DNA of 64,000 nucleotides. It comes from Octopus sinensis. Lineage: Eukaryota. Every line of letters begins with the position of its first letter. Positions within the stretch are counted from its first letter, which is position 1. The position numbers were made by a program, and so were the translations under genes. Positions 53,687-64,000 of the stretch are shown here, in pieces. The notes beneath the pieces are model-generated. The model made no database searches and was not told the origin of the DNA. It was given only the letters and a program-made list of their open reading frames with translations. The DNA is taken from NCBI RefSeq assembly GCF_006345805.1, contig NC_043012.1, positions 35,340,001 through 35,404,000 of the forward strand. Direction: 5' to 3'.

Positions 53687-54972
53687 CAAACAGATATAAT
53701 ACATTCACGAAGCATCAACACCCAGCAGACGGCGAAAGTCAATGGAACAGAAAGAGAATTTTAAAATTCATTCTTTTTGTGCGGCCCTTAATTCTTGGTT
53801 CGGCCTGGTTCACGCCCCGATGGTCGGAAACTCGTTTATAGGGTTTAATACATCGCTTTTCCTGGGGTCATCTAATGTTGTTAAGGTGGTTCTCCAAGGA
53901 GGCTTCATGGGCTGATGGATTCCTTAGTGAGGTCGACCATATGAAAACATAGTTTATACATGGGTGGCAACTCACTTCGTCTGTGTGGCACCTGGGTACC
54001 TGGACATCTAAAGACTACCCTAGATGTAGCACTCTGTCTACTGTACTGTTTTTTGTTTATTTGTATTTTTTCTTTATCAATTAGTATGAGAAAATCTTTG
54101 AGAATTTTGTTCCTTCAATTTCTGGCTGAACTGCTTGTCAAATAAAAATATGGGGTTGACACCTTTAGAAGACATACGCGTGCCTGAATAGGATTGCTGG
54201 TGGTGGTGACGTTGGTGGTGGTGGTGGTGGTGGTGACGGTAGTGGTGGTGTGGTGACGGTGATGGTGGTGGTTGCAGTGGTGGCGTAGTGGTGGTGGTGA
54301 TACTTGTAGTGGTGATAGTGATTATGGTTATGATGATGAGAGTTGTGATGGCGGCGATGGTATTGGTGGTAGTGGTGCTGGTGATGGTGGTGATGATGTT
54401 GTTGGTGGTAGTGGTGGTGGTGGTGGTGGTGGTAATGATGATGATAACGGTGATGGTAGTGATGGTTGTGGTAGTGTTAATGGTGATGATGATAATTTCA
54501 ACAGTCCGATGAAGGCGGCGGCTGTGGCGATGTGTGTCGTGCCATTCTTCAAACATGTCTGGAACAGCAGAAAGGTTAAGGACCTTAGTGTCCAGCCAAT
54601 GTCCAGGCTGTTGTGTCCAGACACTACAACATGAAACGGTGACAGTATCATATCTGATACGAAAACATTGGTTCAACCATCAATGTTGGTCACCAGAGTG
54701 ATGTTGTTGTTGTTGTTGTTGTTGCTCTTATTCTGCTTATTATTATTATTGTTGTTGTGATTGTTGTAGTCGTTATTACTATTCGTTATTGTGAAGTTGT
54801 CGTAGCAGTTGTTATTCTTGTCATTATTCTGTCTTTCTACCCAATTTTCATTCATCGTGATTCTTCTATCCTCCTTCCCTCTCACCATCTCTCTCTCTCC
54901 CCCCTTTCCCCTCTCGCTCATTATAGACTCCCGCTACCATCATAATAAATACTTTTTTTTTTCCGAAACTTT

Positions 54973-54994
54973 TGCTGACGTCACTGTGACGTCA
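54973..54994. promoter_or_regulatory. Tandem full CRE pair
   Basis: TGCTGACGTCA-CTG-TGACGTCA, with TGACGTCA at 54976 and 54987. Confidence 0.55.
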
Positions 54995-56082
54995 AACGAC
55001 GTGCGGCAGGAGGAGGTAAGACAGACACGAGGGAAGGCGGTGGAGTAAAAGTCTACCAGAGGTTGAGGGTGGAGGAAGAAGAAGGAGAAGGAGATAGAGA
55101 CATAATTGTGAAGGGAGGGGTAGCTGCAAACGAGAGGGAAAGGGTGACGCAAAAGAGAAAAAAGTAGATACTAGCGAGGGAGAGGGAATTTGGGAGTTGA
55201 AGGAAGAGAGGGTGGGAGGAAGAGACGGAGCAGTCGGAGGAGGATAAACAAAGGGAGGAATGATATAAAAGAACGACGGAGGGAGCGAGAGAAAGAGAGA
55301 GAGAGACGAAGGAAGAACCGTGACGGGGAAGGGGAGTAAGAAAAACATAGAGGAACGAGAACGGGAAATGACAAAGGAGGAGGAATAGGAGGAATGAGAA
55401 AGGAGGAGGAAAGAGTAGGAGAGGAGGAGAATGAGGAGGAGGAGTAATTAGTAAAGCAGATAGGTTAGACAGAAAAGAAGGTTAAAAGACGGTAGGAGAT
55501 TGTTGGGTGGGGGTGGGGTTGGGGGCTATTGTTTACCTTTGGAAGAAGGTAAATGGTGACGGTGGCGGTGGTGGTGGTGGTGGTGGTGGTGGTGAATGGG
55601 AGAGCGTTATTGACATTTTAAGGCCCAGTTCAGCCTTCCACTCATGACCATCCTGTCGTTTACCGACGGACAGGTAATTCAGCAATACATTATGTAATAT
55701 TCTGAGAGGGGAGGGTGGGCGATTCGAAGGAGACTTGACTCTTGTTTCTAGACGTTTCGCGCTGTTGTTGTTGTTGGTGGTGGTAGAGGTGGTGGTATGG
55801 TGGTGTGGTGGTGTGGTGGTGGTGGTGGCGGCGATGAAGGTGGAGTTAGTGGGGGTGGTAGTGTTGATGGCGGTGGGGGGTGGCGATAGTAGCAGTGATG
55901 GAGTAAGTAGTAGTAGTAGTGGTGTAGTAGTAGTAGTAGTAGTAGAAGTAGTAGTAGTAGTGATTGTTGAGGTGGTAGTGGTGGTGGTAGTAGCGGTAGT
56001 GTTGCAGGTGATCGTGGTGGTGGTGGTAGTGGGAGTGAAGAAGAGAAAAGGTGTTCTAGTTAGGCACCAGGACACAGATCGA

Positions 56083-56200
56083 TAATCAATAATCCGTAAT
56101 CCGCACAGTTCCGGATTAAAATCCGATTCATTCATCATGTGTTTGTTCCGTCAGCAACGTTGCTGACGTCATTCAACACTGCTGACGTCAGCAACGTCAC
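56083..56200. promoter_or_regulatory. K50-homeodomain (TAATCC) plus Maf/CRE site cluster
   Basis: TAATCC at 56090 and 56097, GGATTA at 56113; 20 bp palindrome 56149-56168; TGCTGACGTCAT at 56161; perfect C-MARE TGCTGACGTCAGCA at 56180-56193. Confidence 0.55.
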
Positions 56201-56368
56201 CCAACGTTAAACCCGGTTCCCTAAGACAAATTTGTCCCTTTCCCTCTTCCCGCCTGTCGTTACGTAACCCCTTTTCTATGTTTCTTTCTCATGTACCTCT
56301 GTCATTCTTTCCTTCTGTCTTTCTTTCCTACTTTCTTTCCTACTTTCTTTTTCCTTTCTTTCTTTCCT

Positions 56369-56400
<32 letters not shown>

Positions 56401-57363
56401 TCCTTCTCATGTACCTCTGTCATTCATTCATTCATTCAGTCTTTCTTTCCCTCTTTCTTTGTTTTCTCTTTGTCTTTGATTGATTCTTTCATTGATTCAT
56501 TGATTCTTTTTTCTCTTGTGTTTTCCTTCTTTCTTTGTTCCTTTTTCTATTTATCTTTCATTCATTCATTCATTCATTCTTTCTTTCTTTCCTTCTTTCG
56601 ACCGATACTTATTACCAACACCACAACTACAATAACAACACTACCCCCATCCTTACCCACTGACCACCGTCACCACCGTCACCACCACCACCGCCACCAC
56701 TACTAACAATACATCATCCCCATTCCACCATGGCCATCACTCCTATTTCTATCGCCCCCTTCACCAATATCTGTAGCACCACAATCACTAACCCAAGAGC
56801 ACTGCTCCCCCCCCGCTTCATCGTCCCCTAGCCCCTCCCCATCATCACTACCTACGCCGTCCCTTCAAAATCATCACCACCGCCATCCCCTTCACCGATA
56901 GCACCACCTCAGTCATCATCATCATCAACATTCTAACCAACACCAACACCACCGCCACCACTACCTTCTTCATCGTCATCAACGTCGTCGTCGTCGTCGT
57001 CATCAATAGATTGATATAATCCCCCCCCCCATATCAATGTGGGTTTGATATGTCTGCAATGCAGTGTGTTTGCATATGTCTTGACTTTACATCAACACAT
57101 CATTCAAAATGTACGACTGATCTTAACTTCATCGCAACGGATATTTCCCCCATTTGCTTCTGTTCTCATACTTTCCCCTACAACCTGCCGCTATGTTAGA
57201 TCATATCTAGATATTTCACGTAACCCAACCGCAAGCTGTAACATCTCGCACCTCCTAAAGTTCCTCTAATGTCAATACCCGGTACTGTCACACACACCTT
57301 ACATAGCGAACGTAGTTTTCTTCGATCTCTGTCCTCATCTCATCGCCATACACTATCAGAGTT

Positions 57364-57594
57364 GGCGGCGAGCTGGCAGAAACGTTAGGACGCCGGGCGA
57401 AATGCTTAGCAGTTTTTCGTCTTCCGCTACGTTCTGAGTTCAAATTCCGCCGAGGTCGACTTTGCCTTTCATCCATTCGGGGTCGATTAAATAAGTACCA
57501 GTTACGCACTGAGGTCGATATAATCGACTTAATCCGTTTGTCTGTCCTTGTTTGTCCCCTCTGTGTGTAGCCCCTTGTGGGCAGTAAAGAAATA
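57364..57594 (+). mobile_element. Full SINE-A (A2 tail)
   Basis: Near-consensus copy interrupting the Penelope-like remnant. Confidence 0.92.
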
Positions 57595-57729
57595 AGATAT
57601 GTTATGTATTACACACACCGAGTATTGTCTTCGACATTCTTTAACCATGTTTCACCTCATGATACCTTCACATAACGTACACACACCAGATATAGTCCTC
57701 GGTATCCATTGTCCATATTTCCCCGCTAC

Positions 57730-58050
57730 AAATGCGAGTGATTTAACATAGTATCGAAGTGCTCGGTCCTAAATTGACTGCAACAATCCACCAAGGTTTA
57801 TATTGGAGCTACCGTTAATTTTAAGAAACGAAACTCAGCTTATTTGAGTACTTTTAAATAAGTAAAAGCACAGCAATTTCTCTGGCCGAGCATATACACC
57901 ACCTGGGGCAAGAATATAGCACACGGTATAGCTTGGTCCATCATTGATTCGAGTCCTCTGTACCAAGGCCAAAACGCCCCGTGTTGGTCGTGCTTGAAAG
58001 AATCTATGCTAATACTGTCACAAAATCAAACACAATTAATAAACACCAAC
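57730..58050 (+). mobile_element. Penelope-like element GIY-YIG endonuclease remnant (Neptune-type)
   Basis: A single frame with 2 internal stops reads IVSKCSV...TKVYIGATVNFKKRNSAYLSTFK...NIAHGIAWSIIDSSPLYQGQNAPCWSCLKESMLILS...LIN. This matches the VYKA.V...YIG.T..FK.R...H..SF...I.WSI......Y......C.LCL.EK..I....LLN pattern. Weaker upstream similarity extends to ~57290. Confidence 0.8.
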
Positions 58051-58433
58051 GTACACTCTATATACAGCTTCCACATAACTCTGTATCGTCTGCCATATGT
58101 TTCACCAAACCATAACATCACATATCTGACCTGTTATTGATCAAATCATAACCCCGAGTCCAATTATCTGGTGTCGGTTTTGACTTGTTATCCGCAGGCG
58201 AGGTTCTGATCTTTCTCTATACGTTTATCAAACTCTGTTGATTCTTTTATGTAGGATCTTTGAATGAACGATGATCACACTAACACACAATACGATATAA
58301 GACCAAATGTCGTGTTTAAAACGCGGACATGGTCTGTTATTCTTCGCAGTAGGATCCTGCTAAAATCTCAGAATTCGCTCCACTTTTATAACCTATTCAG
58401 GTTATTTATTACACATAAACACACTCACACACA

Positions 58434-58482
<49 letters not shown>

Positions 58483-58565
58483 GTACACACATACTCATAC
58501 ATAAATACATATACCTACATATGTACATGAATGTATACAAATATACATACTAATATATTTGTGCG

Positions 58566-58642
<77 letters not shown>

Positions 58643-58857
58643 GTGTGAGTTACTAAGGAATACTGAAATCGTAGTCGGTATTAATGATTATATAATCTAC
58701 ACGTGTTTAATAAGATCGACAGACGTCAACTACGTGAGCAAATATAGGTCCCATTTATCAGCATATATATATTACTTGTTTCAGTCAGTAGACTGCGGCC
58801 ATGATGGGGCATCGCCTTACACACACGCACACACACACACACACACACACATCAATT

Positions 58858-59743
58858 GATGAAGTGTCTTTTTCTGTGGTCTGTTATTTTTCCTTTTTCT
58901 TTCTCGTTGTTTACGTATTTCACTCGTTTTTGTCCGGTAAATACTGTCTATATCTTGTATCTATCTATCGTGTGTGTATTATTTGCACCGTTGGTGACGT
59001 CCTGTACTCATATATGCTTGTGTGTGTGTGTGTGTATGTATGTATATATATATTATTTAATTGAACACGACGCATCCATTCCCAAGTAAGTTAATCTTCA
59101 CCCATATTTTATGCGACTCTCTGTAACTGTTTTCTTCCTCTCGTCTTTGCTTCCTTCTTCCTCCATCTTTCTCTAATTCCTTTTTTGTCCCCGTCCCTCC
59201 ACCGTTTTCTATCTGTCGCTTTCCCACTCTTTCTGTCTCTCGTTGCTCACACGTGACCATCGTCCATCCTTCTTTTCTTCACGTGACCTCTTTTTTTCCT
59301 GCTCGGACGTCTAAACAACTGGACGTCTTTTTCTCTCTTCTGTCTTTTCTCCTTTCAGAAAAAAATGTCTCGCCCAGAATTTACCGTTCTTTCGTTCCGG
59401 TCTAACGATGCTCCATGTCTGTTTTCGTTCGGTTTCCTTGTAAGTCTCCACTATTGTTTTTTTGCTCCAAACTTTGACTCGCCATAAATCCTAAATTTTA
59501 TTTGAGAATTTATGGGAGCTACTGTCTTTGAAGACTCATATTGTCGTTTGAATACTCGAAATGAGGAGTAGATAGACAACCGACAACCGATGAAGGCTCC
59601 TTTTACTGTGTTAACTTTTCCATTTTTTCTTATTGTTTACGTATTTCACTCGCTTTTATCCTGTAATTACTGTCTATATCTTGTATCTATCTATCGTGTG
59701 TATGTTATTTGCACCGTTGGTGATGTCCTGTACCCATACATGC
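58858..59743 (+). mobile_element. ~730 bp element with ~160 bp terminal direct repeats (pLTR/retrozyme-like)
   Basis: Direct repeats at 58858-59017 and 59589-59743; degenerate hammerhead-like junction at 59519-59571; internal GTAAGT...ctttcag intron-like signals. Confidence 0.65.
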
Positions 59744-60305
59744 ATATATAATTACATATATATAATATTATATCATATTATTTATACATTAATATATATC
59801 CAGCCGAATACTTTATAAGCAGTTGGTAGGGATAGAACTTTGCTAACTAAATTACTTTCTGTTGTCTGTCCAATTTGCAAGTCCGAAGTTCAAACTCCGA
59901 ATAAATTTAGCGTTAGGTGAACAAGAATGAAAGAAAAACACAAAAGAAAAGAGACTTCTTTAAATCGTTTCCACGCGTTCCATTATAGGTCGGTATTTTA
60001 AAATTCTGTGAGGCAGTAATCACGCATATCAGTCGTTTTTATATTTGATCGACTTCAGTTCTACAGAGACAGAGAAGTTTAAGATCATCTTAATTTTTAT
60101 CAAAGCTCTCTCTTCTAAGCAGTGTGGTAAATCTTTGATAAGGATAGGGTGTCATTAGATATCGCTGTCTTTTTAGAATCCTAGTCGAAATATGCGATGG
60201 AGTGAGATGCTGTCTTATACTCTAATTGACATCTTGCTGAAACCGTTTCTTGTGTGGCCCAATGTGCAGCACCTCATGGAGAGAAATAATGATATCTTAG
60301 GAAGA

Positions 60306-60703
60306 CACAAGGCCTTGAAAACTTTGGGAGAAAGGGGACTATTCTTGATGTCATCGACTAGTCCCCTTCCCCAGTGCGTAACTGGTACTCATTTCATCGA
60401 CCCCGAAAGGATGAAAGGCAAAGTCGACCTCGGCGGAATTTGAACTCAGAACGTAGCGGCAGACGAAATACCTATTTCTTTACTACCCACAAGGGGCTAA
60501 ACACAGAGAGGACAAACAAGGACAGGCAAACGGAGTAAGTCGATTATATCGACCCCAGTGCGTAACTGGTGCTTATTTAATCGACCCCGAAAGGATGAAA
60601 GGCAAAGTCGACCTCGGCGGAATTTGAACTCAGAACGTAACTGCAGACGAAATACCGTTAAGCATTTCGCCCGCCGTGCTAACGATTCTGCCAGCTCGCA
60701 GCC
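60306..60703 (-). mobile_element. Composite SINE-A: full A2 copy joined to a headless second copy
   Basis: A2 copy at 60473-60703; the second core begins at the internal ggtatttcgtctg (60306-60472). Confidence 0.9.
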
Positions 60704-61125
60704 TTATCATGGAAAGTAATAATGATTTCTTAAGGAGACACATGGGCACACATTTGGCGAGAAGGAACAATATATCTATTTTATCGACCCCGATATATGA
60801 CTGGTTCTTTATTTTATCTACTCTAAAGGAATGCTTAAAGGAAGAGTTAGCTTCAGTGTGATTTGAACTCAAGATGTAAAGGGTCGTAGGTAAATACCAC
60901 AAGGCATTTTGTCCAACGCTTCAACAATTCTTCCAAGCAAAGCTAACTTCGGCAGGATTCGATCTCAGGAACAAATACTGCAAAGCGTGCTATAGATTTT
61001 GGTAATCGTTGTATATTAAGATAACACCAAACCCTGTGGACCCTGGCAAATAACTAAACACAACCTTAACATTTCGGTGAAGAAATCTAAGTCTGAAATT
61101 ATCATAAACAGCGTCAGTAGTGATT

Positions 61126-61678
61126 GGCGAGCTGGCAGAAGTGTTAGCATGCCGGGTAAAATGTTTAGTGATATTTAGTCCGGCTTTATGCGCTGAGTTA
61201 AAATTCCGCCGAGGTCGAATTTGTCATTCATCTTTTCGGGGGTCGATAAAATAAGTACCAGTCATGTACTGGGGTCGATGTAATCGACTTACCCCTCTCT
61301 CGAATTTGCTGACCTTGTGTCAAAACTGAGACCAACATTAGTAATAGAATACCTATTTCTTTATTACCCACAAGGGGGCTGAACATAGAGGGGACAAACA
61401 AAGACAGACAAAGGGATTAAGTCGATTACATCGACCCCAGTGCGTAACTGGTACTTAATTTATCGACCCCGAAAGGATGACATGCAAAGTCGACCTCGGC
61501 GGAATTTGAACTCAGAACGTAACGGCAAATTCCGCCGAGGTCGACTTTGCCTTTCATCCTTTCGGGGTTGATAAATTAAGTACCAGTTATGTACTGGGGT
61601 CGATGTAATCGACTTACTCCTCTCTCGAATTTGCTGGCCTTGTGTCAAAATTGAGACCAACATTAGTAATGGAATACC
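61126..61678. mobile_element. Three-part SINE-A cluster: A1(+), A2(-), duplicated A1 3' part(+)
   Basis: 61201-61353 is duplicated at 61527-61678, around a truncated minus-strand A2 at 61354-61526. Confidence 0.9.
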
Positions 61679-63084
61679 GTCTTATTAAATATCTGTTATT
61701 ATTGGGTTGGTGGTGGCGCAGACGGTGTAGCCACCACCACCGCCTGACCACCCCCTCTTGCGAGTAAACCAGTAAATAAAAGACTTGATACTTCAATCTT
61801 GATTAGTTTGAAGTATCAATATATTTAAACCAATCTCCAGATATTTCTGAGATTTGCATTACAGGAAGCTTTCTGAAGGAAAAAATAAATAAATAAACCA
61901 ACGGAATTAATTCACATGTGACCTTTTAATCCATAATTTAACGTTAAATAAATCTTTGATGTCAGAAGAGCCAAAACTATCGATCTGCTGGTTTCTCTTC
62001 GAACACTTCAAAGGTGACGGAGAAAGTTGTTAATAACCACCGTGTCTATATTCAAACCGCCAAGGCTACCAGCCGTTACAGAGTTGCTGCCATCACTCCC
62101 GAACAATGCGCCAAAGAACTGCTATCATTCGTTGCAAAAGTCTCTAATCTCTATATCTCCCCTCTCTCTGTTTTCCCTCTCTCTGTCTTCTCACTCTGTC
62201 TTCCTCTCTCTTCCCTTCATTTCTCTCTCTTCAGATCTACAACGCTCTTTTCCGAAACATCCCGTAATGTGTTTTTAACATTTTTTGAATGACAACTGTT
62301 TCAGTTCTTCCGCAATAATCGATCTGTCGTCCTCATCTGCCAATATTTCAAAGGTGAATTGAAGCGGTGGTTGTCAACCACCTTATCAAACGTCTTTAAT
62401 CCCTTTTCCTTCTTAATCCCCACCAATATGGCTTAAGTAAATCCAGATTTTCTTGTAACCTGCTCATTTATATCAGTCCTCGCTTGCAATCGAGAACTTT
62501 AGTGAAAACGATTTCCTTTTATTTGATGTTTGCAGAGTATTTTACTGCGTCTGGCATGGGAATAGTCTTTCTTTATTTTACCTTCCATCTGTATCTTGTC
62601 TCTTGTGTGTCGAAGAACTTCCTATCATATCTCATCTTGGAGATTTCTCTGCAAGAGATTTCTCTGATTCACACTTCATCAACGCGTTGTCTTCCTTAAG
62701 GTTTCACATTTCTCCTCCTCCTCCTCCTCCTCCTCCTCCTGGTATATCAACGACATAGTTGTCCCCGCCTCCAACAACAGTTACCCCTCCCCCGTGTAAA
62801 CAATACCTCCTTATATTCTTTCCTACCGCATACAACCATCTTTCACAAGCAGTTTGTTCACCTCACGTCAACCCGTCCCCTGCTTCCATGTCTACGATGA
62901 TCAAAAGGGATTCGCAATGGAATACATTCCTCCTCCCCATAAAATTTGTTTTGAACCGGGAAAACTTTCTTCAGCGTGATAGGGGACACGATAACATTTT
63001 GTCCTTCAACATAAAGACACCATCACCTGTGAAAAGGCCTCAAAAGAGCCCAATGTTAAATGAGAGATTTAAGACGGTGATCAG

Positions 63085-63520
63085 GCAGAATAGACAGCAT
63101 GCCGAACAAAATGCTTAGCGGTATATCTTCCGGCTTTTAAGGCAGCGAGCTGGCGGAAACGTTAGCACGCCGGGTGCAATGCGTAGCCGTATTTCGTCCA
63201 CCTTTACGTTCTGAGTTCAAATTCCGCCGAGGTCGACTTTGCCTTTCATCCTTTCGGGATCGATAAACTAAGTACCAGTTACGCACTGGGGTCGATGTAA
63301 TCGACTTATTCCGTTTGTCTGTTCTCGTTTGTCCCCTCTGTGTTTAGCCCCTTGTGAGTAGTAAAGAAATAAGTATTTTTTCCGGTTTTACGTTTCTGAA
63401 TTCGAATTCTGCCGAGGCTGACTTTGCCTTTTATCATTTCAGGGTCGATAAAATAAGTACCAGTTGAATAATGGGGTCGATATAATCACCCAAAATTACT
63501 TACCATGCACTAAAATTTGG
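63085..63520 (+). mobile_element. Full SINE-A (A2, 63141-63371) nested in an older SINE-A
   Basis: The outer head precedes it and the outer core follows it; degenerate TSD gtatatcttccggctttta / gtattttttccggtttta. Confidence 0.88.
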
Positions 63521-64000
63521 AGCCAACATAGATATAAAATTACTTGCGCTAGAATATGGTAATAAAGACAAGCGTGTTTTGACAAATGTGGTCGTATCAA
63601 GAAGTAATTCTATATAAGTACCGAATTATATATTCTGGTTGATACACCCACAACATGTCTTAAAACATCTTGTGGGAGTATCAAATCGTAATTTAATATA
63701 AATACAATATTACTTAGACTAGGAAATGGTAAAATAGACAATCAGATCTTAAGACATCTTGTAGCAGACAGTCTAGACGGTTCTAATATCTTCACATATA
63801 ATGGCTTCTTCCTAGGTGAACTCTAGGATAAAGATGTATGTAAGAAAAACAACGTCTGTGGTTGGAATAATTCTTGAAATGACAGTATCTTTGGTAGTTG
63901 GTGTGGAGAATGGCAACAATTCTAAGACGTTCTAGGTTTTACGGGATTAAGTTCTGCTCAAACTTGTGTGCAAATCACGACAGTCTGTCTTCCATGAGTA

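Noticed and set aside
54502-54571. Possible exon SDEGGGCGDVCRAILQTCLEQQK; similar exon-like bits near 1-43, 14480-14598, 34666-34770 and 50738-50816
   Set aside because: Donors or acceptors are weak, the phases do not chain consistently and the peptides are unrecognised.
55533-56138. 201 aa minus-strand ORF starting just below the CRE/Maf cluster
   Set aside because: Over half is trinucleotide repeat, and the ATG is too close to the motif cluster for a normal 5' UTR.
62290-62720. Coding-looking decayed sequence (also 63540-64000)
   Set aside because: Multiple stops in all frames and no motif I could assign.

Overview
AT-rich, microsatellite-saturated eukaryotic DNA. It is very probably from a coleoid cephalopod (Octopus-like); this is my inference from recognising the two dominant tRNA-derived SINE families, not a search result. 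I found no complete protein-coding, rRNA or tRNA gene and no CRISPR array. Almost all ORFs in the supplied track are microsatellite translations. Supported content: (i) about 20 copies or fragments each of two SINE families (here SINE-A and SINE-B), often nested or in close inverted pairs; (ii) decayed retroelement coding remnants: an RTE-clade LINE (25.2-26.2 kb), a CRE-type restriction-like endonuclease (32.9-33.3 kb) and a Penelope-like GIY-YIG endonuclease (57.7-58.05 kb); (iii) hAT-type MITEs, a probable solo LTR and two large minisatellites, one carrying 29 perfect TGACGTCA sites; (iv) candidate regulatory clusters at about 3.0, 55.0 and 56.1 kb. The most interesting signal is a set of small elements, mostly embedded in (TA)n, carrying type-I hammerhead-ribozyme-like junctions with non-canonical cores (11.6, 24.7, 27.5, 28.1, 59.5 kb). 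They look like Penelope-derived or retrozyme-like non-autonomous elements. All identifications and coordinates were made by eye; boundaries of degenerate elements are approximate.
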